Positions 12,946 to 24,099 of a DNA stretch of 64,000 nucleotides are shown here, one piece after another. The stretch's first letter is position 1. Every line of letters begins with the position of its first letter. The DNA is taken from contig OX597822.1 of the NCBI GenBank assembly GCA_951406725.2, forward strand, positions 116,064,001 to 116,128,000, written 5' to 3'. Source of the stretch: Octopus vulgaris. Taxonomy: Eukaryota. A model generated the notes under the pieces. That model ran no database searches and was not told the origin of the DNA. It saw nothing but the letters and a program-made list of their open reading frames with translations. The translations under genes were made by a program, and so were the position numbers.

Positions 12946-14954
12946 TATCATCATCATCATCCTTATAAGGAGGTGAGGTATTAGAAACAGTTGATGGGCA
13001 CTGGGCTAAAAGCTGAGAATTTGTTTCAGATCTGATGCAACTTTGTCTCCCATTTACTCAGATAAAATATGTACCTGTAATATTCAGGAGTAAATTCAAT
13101 AGTATCCTTTTCCACAAATATCTGATTCTGTGAAAATCCTTAAAGAAATCATTATTTCAATTTGTTATATATGACAGGAGCAGTGTTAGTTTAAAATAGC
13201 AATCTGCGTGTCATACTTAAAGCAGATATATCATTGCAAACCTAATTGCCTGCAGTTTTCATCTTGAAATAGCATCTCTTATACACATAAAGTATAAGAA
13301 ACACCGAAATATATCAGCAACAGATAGAAATATATCAGCATCAGTGTTGCATTTGGGTTTTGTCCCCATTGTGGATACATGTTATTGATGAAGCTCAAAG
13401 AGACAGAAATGCACATTTAGTATTTAGTAACGCCACCTACTGGACAATTTTCATCTGCAACTCATATATTTCAGTATATTTTAATACTATACAACAATAA
13501 GAGATGTTTCTTTTGAGATGAATGCCACAGTTGATTAAGCTTTCAACACTGTATCTTCTGCATGTATGATACACACTTTGTCATTACTACTATCATTGCT
13601 TTTGTTATTAGAGCAACCGGTCATTTGCAAAGTTATTTACTGCGAGGGATGGTCAGCCTAGAGAACTGACAAAGCTTCAGGAGCTTACTTGTTACGTAGC
13701 AGGAAATTTGTGATTGCTTTTATTGGGCATTTATTGGATCGCCTAATAGATACAGAGATCTGAAGATAGGTGGGTTAGAAGTTGGGTTTAGGGAGAAACA
13801 GACGATAGGTATCTGTTGAGTGTGTCTCAGATACAGTTTGGAGTGGATACTAACAGTTGAGAACAACAAATAATTCAGCCTCTGTACTGCCAGCAGCATT
13901 GATGGGTAAAAAAAAAAGGGACAGAGAGAAGACCGACAGGGGTTGTGTAAACTGAAGTCACTAAGAATGCTGGCTGAACACAGAGACACACACAAACATT
14001 CACATAATTTTATAATTGCCTTCCATATAGAAGATTTGTTCTTGGAATTTTAAAGAATCCTTAGATGCATGCTTTTGTAGTAAGGCAGACTAACCACATG
14101 GAAATGTTTATAATCAGAGTAGAGGGGGCTTCGTTCATCCCATAATTAGCAATACTAAGCATAGGAAAATGTAGAACTTTAATTGATTCCCAGGAGAGAC
14201 AGCCATGGCAACACAAAAACCATAGAACAACCAGAAATGAAGAGGGCATAGCAGAATCTCCAAGATGGCTAAAATAATAAATTAAAGGTGTGTGTGTGTG
14301 TGTTGCATGCATACATACATGCATGCATGCACACACACACATGCATATGTGTGTGAGAGAGAGAAAGAGAGAGAGAGAGTGTATACATAAAGGGACAAAA
14401 GATGGACAAGCATGCATAGAAGGCATTATCTCATAACATTTATAAAGGACATTACATAAACATAGCCATTAATACTAGCAGTATCTGTGAAAATTCCATG
14501 GCCCATTTTCTGGTATAGTGTCAGCCATAAAGCTCTCCCCATTTGCTAATAACATCCTGTTATTTCATCATTATCTTCTGATTAATTTCTCGGAAATCGA
14601 GTCCGTTCTCTTTTGTCCTGTTTCCTCATCTAGCCATTTCCTCATTCTGGCTTGTGCAAAATATTCTTGCCTACCAATAATCATTTATATTTTACCTTCT
14701 TTCTTCATTAATAATTCTCCTTCTTTCGCTGTTTGTTTCAGCTTTTTTATTCATCATTTTCCGGTCCTCCTGAGTCAAGACTTCTCTTCATTTCTGAGTT
14801 TCCTCTCTTTCTTCCTAATTCTTATTCTACTTTTGTGCCCTTTCCACCCCGTATCATCTCTGCCGCTCTTGCTTCAGTTCTTGCTTCATGTTCTATGCTC
14901 ATTGTCCACAACAGCACATCGTATTCCATCATGAGTGACTAAGAATAAACAACC

Positions 14955-15169
14955 TTAACCCTTTCGTTACTGAATTTATTTTGAGATGCTCTCTGTTTCT
15001 TTCAATTAATTTTAAATATAACAAAGAATTTAGTAAAATAACTTCGTTATCATTAAGCTAGTGTTAGGAACACAAATTGTGACTAAGGTCTGGTGGAAGA
15101 TTTTAATTCAAAACCTATGAAAACAAGACATTTGTACTACAGAGCTAGGGTTGGTAGTGAAAGGGTTAA
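14955..15169 (+). mobile_element. piggyBac-type MITE family 2
   Basis: TTAA-CCCTTTCGTTAC...GTAGTGAAAGGG-TTAA; interior unrelated to family 1. Confidence 0.8.
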
Positions 15170-15429
15170 AACCAGTTCAAATTTATTGGAGAGATATTTA
15201 AAACCTGTAAAGGCTTTTCACTGCAGTTTGTCATGAATAAAAATTCATACTTAAGGCAAAAAAGGGGTTAGAATGCTATAGTCAGTGCAGGATGCCCTCT
15301 GTCAGACTGTTAAATGCAATTTAAATTTGTTAGTTCTCTTCAGCAACAAATATCAAGAGAGGTAACTCTGATCTGATTAGGAAGTGAAGCTTCCTTTATC
15401 AGAAATTAGTCAATATCATTTACTGATAA

Positions 15430-15620
15430 GGTGGCAAGCTGGCAGAATTGTTAGGATACAGGGTGAGATGCTCAGTGGCATTTCATCCGTCTTTACATCC
15501 GAAGTTCAAATTTTTACAGGGGGTCGACAAAATAAGTATCAGTTGAGCACTGGGGCCAATGTAATCAACTTAACCTCCTCCTTTGAAATTGCTGGCATTG
15601 TGCCAAAATTTGAAATCAAT
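15430..15620 (+). mobile_element. tRNA-derived SINE, family B (internally deleted)
   Basis: ggtggcaagctggcagaattgttag...gttcaaat...ggggtcgacaaaataagtatcagttgagcactgggg; same family at 28006, 40248, 45857 and 47960. Confidence 0.8.
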
Positions 15621-15689
15621 ATTATTTGCTTGTATCACAATTTGGTCACCAGGCTGGAACAAAATTGTGAGAAGATGTTCAAAGCAGTG

Positions 15690-16340
15690 ACAGAGAGAAA
15701 ACAAACTTAAGACCCAGTTCAATTATCAAAGAGTTGGTATGTATGCTCAAAAGAGGGAAATCCTCATGAGTGAAGAACAACATCCCAACGGAGCTCCTGA
15801 AACATGGAAGACCAACACTCATCGAGGTATTGACGGGAAAACGTCAAAAGAAAAAACAAAGAAGGAGCCAAAAGGATGGATTGAATTCTTCACAAGAAAA
15901 TGCAAAATTCTGATTTGCTTTCTGTGTCATTCTTTTAGAAGAACTCTCCATCAGATATGAAACAGACTCCAGGCATTTGAGCAGAAGTGCATCAGAAGGC
16001 TGTTACATTTACATACACAGGGCACAAGACAAATAATGCCACTGTTGGGCAGAAAGTTAGCAAATATGTTGGCAAGCAAGAAGTAGTTGTTACCACAGGG
16101 AAATGATGAAAGTCTGCCTAGTATGGACATGTGGCCTGGCATGACTTCCTGTCCAACATTGTTGTCTGGGGGTAATGGTTACAGGAAGATGAAAAAGAGA
16201 TAAGCAAAGAAAATCCTGATTTGACAACATGAAGGACTGGATAGATCTCAAACCCCAAGCCCTTCTGCAGTTAAAGGACAGAAGTTCAGAGACAATATGT
16301 AAAGGGTAATGATAAATGATGACTGCCAGAGAATAGAGAA
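15690..16340 (+). pseudogene. Old, deleted RTE-clade RT fragment
   Basis: Remnants LKRGKS..NIPTELLKHG and YGHVAWHDFLSNIV..GR*KRDKQRKS*FDNMKDW resemble the RTE C-terminal GHV.R...GRRRGRQRK.W.D motif. Confidence 0.6.
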
Positions 16341-17287
16341 CAGCACCCAAAGATAGTCTGCATCAATTACTGGATGAGGTCAATGATATATTATATAATC
16401 TGGTATCTTGCTTTATGTTTTCTCTATCTTATATACCCAACAATTCATAATGCTCCAATTATTCCAGCTCTTGTTACTGTTTTCATTTCTTCACATAGGT
16501 TTAGCCTCTACACGAAGTAGACCTTTCTCACATTTGAATAGTTTTCAACATTTCATTCAGAGATGCTCTGCTGAGAAAGAATTGTTATAGTGATGAAATA
16601 AGGACATTCCTTAATAGCCAGAGCCCTTAATCGTGTCTAAGAGCTTGTTGTCTTCATTTCTCTATTGGCTTCTACTGATATGAATCAGAGTGTTGTGACA
16701 TTCTATGATAGTTAACAAAAGCATTAATTGTATTTGTACAGTATTTGGTGTGGTGTGTGTGCGTGTGTGCGTGTGTGTGCATGCATACTTGTGTATGTGT
16801 GCGTGAGTTAATTTCTATGTAAAATGCCATCCCTCTCCATTTAATATATGTAAATGATTAAGTTGTTAAGCCTTATGTTTTCTGTGTCCTTTTGTTCAGC
16901 ATGTGTTAATAATCCTGTTACTCATACGGATATTTTCTAAATACTTATTCAACAGGTGTTGCGTTACTATTGTTTGTAGTTAATGGCTGCAGGGGCGGAC
17001 GGATGACAAGAGTGAGTTACTGGATTACAGACCACATGCTCATGAGTTCAAAACTTATAGCTATAGCTCTTCTCTTGCCACACCAGCCACCACCCCTGCC
17101 GGCCGACCCATCTCCAGCTTGTCTCATAACCCTGCATGCTACAGTTTGCTTTACTAAAACAAAAAACAGGTTGTACTACTTCACAAATAAGTGGTTCAAC
17201 ATTAGAAAGAGGAGCATTCAGCTTTGAAAACAATTGCTTCAGCAAATAAGCATAAGAACCAGTGCTGGCATAGCAAAAGACACCAGA

Positions 17288-17455
17288 CACGTGTGTGTGT
17301 GCGTGCGTGTGTGTGTGTGTGCGTGCGTGCGTGTGTGTGTGTGTGTGCATGCGTGTGTGTGTGTGTGTGTGTGTGTGCATGGTCGTATGTGTGTGTGTGT
17401 GTGTGTGTGCATGTGCATGTGTGTGTGTGTGTGTGTGTGTGCGTGTGTATGTGCA
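17288..17455. repeat. Long alternating purine-pyrimidine (TG/CG/CA) array
   Basis: Directly visible. Confidence 0.95.
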
Positions 17456-17509
17456 CATCATGCTAGCCTGGGTTAGAGGGGCCATCTCAGCCCCACTCAG
17501 ATCTTATTC

Positions 17510-17752
17510 ACAGTGACTGCCCTCTGCCAGATGTAAAGACAAAAGACACAAACATACACACACTTAAACTCACACAGATATGTATATGACAGGCTTCTCT
17601 CAGTTTCTGTCAACCAAATCCACTTACAAGGCTTTGGTTGACCTGGGACTGTAAAAGAAAACACTTTCCCAAGCTGCCACACAGTAGGACTGAACCTGAA
17701 ACCATGTGTGGCTGGGAAGCAAACCTCTTAACCACACAGTCATGCCTGTGCC
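17510..17752 (-). mobile_element. SINE family A (head and centre)
   Basis: Matches the family A head on the minus strand. Confidence 0.85.
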
Positions 17753-18189
17753 AATATATATATTTGTGCACACGCATGTGTGTGTGTTTGTGTGTGAAAT
17801 ACTCTTTCCACATCCAAGATGCTCTACACACACACATCCCAGCTGCATCCAAATAAAAGCCATCCAGTTCTAAGTCTTGATCACCAACTCACTTCAGCCA
17901 ATATCACAGATCCACTGTTTCATAATTCTCCTTATTCTTTTGCTACTACAACACCCTCTACTCCTCGGAACCAACCATCTATTGATGCCAATCAAAAGCC
18001 AAGAGGTACCCCCGTCTTTCTCCCATCCTCCAGATCGTCTCACCCCCAACACACTTTGTCCACTACTTCTGAGAACATCACATTCAATCTTGTCCAAGAA
18101 TATCGGTCAAATGCAGACTAACAGATGCTCAAACTGAATGTTAAACAAAGATTATAGATCACTAAATCTAGATACTTCATAAATTTTAG

Positions 18190-18359
18190 TAGGTGTGGCT
18201 GTGTGGTAAGAAGTTAGCTTCCCAGCTACATGGTTCTGAGTTCAGTCCCACTGCATGGTGCCTAGGGCAAGTGACTTCTAGTATAGCCTTGGGCTAACTA
18301 AAGCCTTATGAGTGGATCTGGAAGATGGAAACTGAAAGAAACCCATCTATGGGTTTCTT

Positions 18360-18390
<31 letters not shown>

Positions 18391-18600
18391 CTTTCTATAT
18401 ATGTGTGTATGCCTTTGTGTCTGTTTGTCTCTCACCACAGCTTGACAGCTGGTGTTGGTGTGTTTACATCCTTGTAACTTATTAGTTCAGCAAATGAGAC
18501 CAATAGAATAAGTATCAGGCTTTAAAAAATATATAAGTACTGGGCTTGATTTACTTAACTAAAAATTCTTCAAGTGTGTGCCCCAGCATGACCGCAGAAG
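18190..18600 (+). mobile_element. SINE family A, near full length
   Basis: tggctgtgtggtaag / gttcagtccc head; tail ccagcatgaccgcag. Confidence 0.9.
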
Positions 18601-18973
18601 TAAAAAAAAAAAAGAGGTAAAAAAGGTAATGCATTTGCAATAAAACTAACAATTCTACTTCAGTAATATATTCTAAGTCAAATCTACAAGTGTTTTTTAG
18701 TACATATTTTACCAACCACAGGGAGGCGAAAGACAAAAAAAAAAATCTACCCAACTATGATTTGAACACAGAATACTGACTGATGAGACTAAATACCCAG
18801 AGGCATTCAACCATAAGCTCTACCATCTCCACCATTCTATGGACCTCAATAACATATCTAATTACGCTTTCAGGTAATTGATATTTTAATCTAGTCAACT
18901 CTGAGCGTATCACATCAATTTGTTCCAGCAGAAATTTCCCTTCCAGAGCAAAAATACAAACCATTTAAATAAT

Positions 18974-18974
<1 letters not shown>

Positions 18975-19042
<68 letters not shown>

Positions 19043-19056
19043 AATAAATAAATAAA
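18975..19056. repeat. (AAT)n grading into (AAAT)n
   Basis: Directly visible. Confidence 0.95.
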
Positions 19057-19409
19057 AAGCTATGATGTCAATATAGAAAATAAAATCAACAAAACTGTAA
19101 GCTCACTTTGGCAATTAATAAGGATCTTTCAGAATTTATGCATTCATTTTTGTTCAATTAATTAGCATTCATTAAAAAAAAACACCCCCAAAAAAAAGAA
19201 ACAGTTTTTTAAGAACACATAATTAAGATCACTATTTATTCACATGCATAAGTACTTTTAGACTTAAGTAGGGAACACAAAAAAAAAACAACCTAAGTCC
19301 TGCAAGACTGAAATGAAATTAAATCTAAAATTAGATTTTGGAATTTTGTATATAGAAGAAAAAATGTTCAGCATTCTTTCCATTACTGACTCTTTTAAAT
19401 ACAAATTAG

Positions 19410-19456
19410 TGACGTCAGTCACCGAGAGTCACCGAGAGTCACTGAGAGTCAGAGTC
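19410..19456. promoter_or_regulatory. Perfect CRE (TGACGTCA) followed by a 10-bp tandem repeat carrying GAGTCA AP-1-like sites
   Basis: TGACGTCA at 19410-19417, then AGTCACCGAG AGTCACCGAG AGTCACTGAG AGTCAGAGTC. Function is inferred from motifs only. Confidence 0.4.
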
Positions 19457-19561
19457 GTTGAAAAAAGTGCAAGGTTAAGCTTTTGTGTTGGTATTTCATT
19501 TTATTTATTTACTTATTTTACTGTGTTATGTTTCACACTAAAAAGTGATTTATCTTCTAAT

Positions 19562-19766
19562 TGTTTTTGATCACTGGACTGTAGCACTGTGCTGAGGGCC
19601 CTGCCTTGAACTTGAAAGGTTTTTGAGACAAACAAATCAACCTTCAGCACTTATTCTTTAACTCTGGTACTTATTCTACCAGTCGCTTTTGCCGAACTGT
19701 TAAGTTATGGGGATGTAAGAAGCCCAACATCAATCATCAAGTGAAGGGAGGGGGGGACAAACACTG

Positions 19767-19825
<59 letters not shown>

Positions 19826-19997
19826 CATGCACATACACACGCACACATGATGGGTCTCTGCACAGTTTCCATCAACCAAATTAACTCACAAGGCATTGAA
19901 CAGCCCAGGGCTATAGGAGAAGACATTTGCCCAAGGTGCAGCATTTTAGGGCTGAAACCAAAATCACATGACAGCAAAGTGAGCTTCTAAATCACAT
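19562..19997 (-). mobile_element. SINE family A, diverged
   Basis: Tail, (CA)n centre and head recognisable on the minus strand. Confidence 0.85.
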
Positions 19998-20831
19998 CTT
20001 TTGCTCTGCCAGTATTTATTCTGAAAAATTTAGATACGTCCTTACACAAGTGAGGGATTTTTCGATTGTGATTTTTAGTCAGAAAGAGAGGGCCAGGCAT
20101 ATGATCCTTTACAGGGTCTCCAAAATCCACAAAAGGGATGGAGAAAGGTATCCTTAAACTGAAAATCCGTCCTGGATGCTTGAAACAGGGTGGACTTTGC
20201 TAAAGACACCCAAGGTCTCATGTAGGGATATGGGACTATTAATTCAGATGACAATATTTAACCTATCACCAAAGTGAACATTTCACTAATGTGAAAAGGA
20301 AAGAAGGGCTTCAATGTTAGCAGACTGCTGGCCTTGAGAAGGTCAGTTGCTCAACAACTGGGAATTATAGAAATTTTTTAAAAAATTACACTTCCACCAA
20401 ACAACTGCAAGCTTACATGGAAAAGTGGGTGTTAAAAAGGTCCTGATGATGTTGCTTGCCCTTAACCCTTCATGACCTTGTAAGGTGCAAGGCAATGTCA
20501 CTAATGCTGGCGCTACAAAAAAAAAGCATCCAGTACACTCTGTAAAATGGTTGGCACTAGGAAGAGTGCCAAACCACACACTGAAGCACGATGCACTCAA
20601 ACTCTTTAACTCCATGCATTGAAGGTAGATGGTGATATAACACCACTGCCATCGCCACAAATGCTGCCACTGTTATCATCATTACCATTTTTACATCTAC
20701 TTTTCCTTGTTGGCACCGGTTTAAAAGGAACTTTTGAGGCAGTGTTTTGCAACCAGATGCCTTTCTTGATACTAGCCTTTTTAGTCACCTCTTATGACAA
20801 TATATCTATATTCTAAAAACCATGATGTACA

Positions 20832-20883
<52 letters not shown>

Positions 20884-20937
20884 GTTTGTGTCTGTGTATG
20901 TATGTATGTATACACATACAGACACACATAAGTACAT

Positions 20938-21082
20938 GATGGGTCTTCATACAGTTTCTGTCTGTCAAGTGCCACTCACAAGGCTTTGGTCAACTGGAGA
21001 ACATGGTAGGAAACAATAACGTAATGCACTGCACAGAACAAACCGGTTGTGAAGTCAACAATTTAACCACACAGCCATGACA
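20938..21082 (-). mobile_element. SINE family A head, decayed
   Basis: cagtttctgtctgtcaagtgccactcacaaggctttggtc...accacacagccat. Confidence 0.75.
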
Positions 21083-21560
21083 GCATATAAACATACATTA
21101 CAAGAGGTGGATAAATTGGCAACAGTTGTGATAGCTACAGGACAGCTTAAGAGGGTTCCATTGGAGGAACGATCAAATATTTGTAGCCAATCAAAAACTT
21201 GCTCCTAACATTTTCTTGCGCTCTTCTGCTACATCATCTTTTTTGTTTTATCATTAGTTTTCTATCCAAACTCAATCACTCTTCCTTCAGTCTAGATAAG
21301 ATCTTGTTATCTTATCACTGTTATGAGCTTATCTCAATATGTTATCATGATCTATATTACCAAACCTACATTATAAATCAAATTGACAAATCATTAACTC
21401 AGAAATATTAAACATAAACCAAATATAATCTAGTAATAGCTCAGTGGATTATTCGCATACCAACCAAAAAGCATAATTTATAAAGGAATATTCTTTAAAT
21501 TAAAAGATAATTAAACAGATACATAACACTGTAACAATTTTTTGTTTTGTCTTTGGTCAA

Positions 21561-21982
21561 TAAGTGTTATTTCCAAATTTGCTTCTATTGAGAAATCAAA
21601 GGAAATCACTACCATTCCCTTCAAACTTTACTTTTCTGACTTGGACATCAATGTTTTCAAACTGACCTATTTTCCATTACATTTCAGACAGTTTCAGCGT
21701 TGAGTTGCTGAAGCAGAAATATTGTTATAGTAACTATTCTACCCAACACCACAGATTTGCTTCTCAGTTGTTTGACCATAGCCACTTGAGCATGATGTCC
21801 CTTAGTGGCTGACAATATGTGCAGCTCTGATCACGAGCAGGAGTAGTGGGGGAGCATCATAGCCATGTGCTGAGAGGGATTCTTTGGGATTTGAATAAAC
21901 ATCATAACAAAAGCAAAGTTTGAAGGAAATAGTAGCCATTTCCCATACTTTCTAGGGGTCAGAAAATAGGAAACAACAGTTG
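21561..21982. mobile_element. MITE with long imperfect terminal/subterminal inverted repeats
   Basis: ggaaatcactaccattcccttcaaactttacttt (~21601) is the inverse of aaagcaaagtttgaaggaaatagtagccatttcc (~21910); outer gtgttatttcc / ggaaacaac ends; non-coding. Confidence 0.65.
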
Positions 21983-22523
21983 CTACCCAAGGACAAAAAT
22001 CCTGTTACACAGTGTAATCGAAGATGACCAGCTCACTTGGTGAATGGTTTCATTTTTTGCAGTCTTACATCTTGTCCAAACTGCACTAACACTTTCAGAT
22101 TCCATGTCAAACACATATCCACTAACTTTAGACAATGGCCCTTTCCTCCGTTAATACCAGAAAACCCGCTCTCAGCACAAATACATTTGTCAACACTTTC
22201 TCAGCTGTATAGCTCCCACATTTTAATTATCTCAGCTGTCAAATTTTCTTAATCTTTAACTTACTTAACTCTGTTGTATCTATAAAAGGTTCAAAGTCCA
22301 CCAGACAGTTTCACAGCAATTACTCTGAAATAAAAGTTGTTATCAGCTGTTATCCTAAAATAAAAAGTATTAAATTACTAACTCATTATAGTCATCTACT
22401 GGTAGTCATGGAAACATGCAACAGAATTCTTCCTCTCTATCATCAAAAAATAAATCTGACATTTTTTGCTCTATTGCTACACCTTGAATATGTTCCAGTC
22501 AATGGAAACAATCATGTGTGTGC

Positions 22524-22526
<3 letters not shown>

Positions 22527-22585
<59 letters not shown>
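22527..22585. repeat. (TC)n microsatellite
   Basis: Directly visible. Confidence 0.95.
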
Positions 22586-22587
<2 letters not shown>

Positions 22588-22680
22588 TAATCACCAATAC
22601 TACATATCCACAGAAGATCCACTGGCCTCAACTAATGCCAATACTACAGCTGTGGCAGGAACGGTATGCAAGCCTCCCAT

Positions 22681-22910
22681 CTGCAAACGGGTTGCAATCA
22701 GAATAAAACGAAGAAGACGTATAAGGCATGGAATGGAATACAGCACAAGTGAAGAGAAGCAGAGAAATCAGTTGAAGTGAAGAAGATGTTGAGTAATCAG
22801 CAAGTTGTGAAGAAGAGTGGAGTCAATTACAGCAGAAAAGTGAAGAGTCAGAAAAATAAGGGGAAAAACGAAAAAGAAAAAAAAAAGGGGAAACAAATGG
22901 AAAAGCACAT
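22681..22910 (-). other. Candidate 3' splice site (tttgCAG, AG at 22682-22681) preceded by a 228-nt AG-free pyrimidine-rich tract
   Basis: No CT dinucleotide on the plus strand from 22683 to 22910; several YTGAY branch-like motifs on the minus strand. Confidence 0.45.
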
Positions 22911-23878
22911 CTATGATTTCTAAATGATAAAGGTGTTGGTAATACAATAGTAAAATTTAAAATAAAAGCCTGTAAATCAAAGCGAATAATACCTGAAAGA
23001 TCTTAGAAGTAAACTGAATCATTTCACTTTCACAGAGTTTTTAGGAAAAATAGTTTCAGAAAAAAAAAGAGGAAAAAAAAAAAAAATTAAGAGTTCAGGT
23101 GTGAATAATTTATCTGAAATGGATGCTTTCAACAGTAATGTTGTTCAAAAGATGACTAAAGGGTTGCTTTTTGTTTTGTTTTTTTTTTCTTTCTTTTATT
23201 CCATCTTACCATTTCAGACACTGCTTTCAGAAGCAATAGCACTGACTAGCTTTCAATGAAGCAGTAGTCCAGTCTTGAAAAATATTCCTTTCCCAAAATA
23301 TTCACATGCTTTCCTCACTCTCTATTTTCAGTTCTGTTCTCATTTAAACATGGTAGATTAAGAATTAAGAGGCAAGTGAACCAAAATGTGAAAAAATTAT
23401 CAACATATGTCTTCAGGCAGTCAATGATAAAGTAGGTTAACAGGAATTATTTCCCTCCAGTTGATGAATCTATGAAATTGCTAGAACCACAAACATGTTT
23501 ATTTAACTTATGTTCTAGGTTAGCATTTTCACTGGTGGGGAATCCAAAACTAATATAAAAAAAATTGAAGCTGGGACATACTCCTGCTGGGTTCATAAAT
23601 ACAGCGGAAGCAAATTGAAATTTGAAGGGAGCTCAAGCACAAAATGCCACCAGTCGGCCCCAACCCTGTCACATCATGAATTAATGTGTGGAACAGCAGC
23701 AGGCAGCGAAGCACCCAGCTGAACCATTAAATCGCCATTAGAGCATTATAACCACACACACACACACACACACATACACACACACATGAATACACTAGTC
23801 AGTAAAATAAGGGTTAGTAAGGCCAATGCTAAAATCTCAGTCACAACAAACTTTCATTATAAATTAAACAAGCTTTTT

Positions 23879-23910
<32 letters not shown>

Positions 23911-24011
23911 ACATTTATACATACATACAGGTATATATATATGTATTCATACATACATATATATATATACATATATTCATACATACATATGTATATATTA
24001 TATACATATAT

Positions 24012-24058
<47 letters not shown>

Positions 24059-24099
24059 TTTCTTGTATGTATATACATATGTATGTATAAATATAAAAG

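Noticed and set aside
14518-14934. 138-aa hydrophobic ORF
   Set aside because: Low-complexity pyrimidine-rich strand bias; no recognisable domain or splice context.
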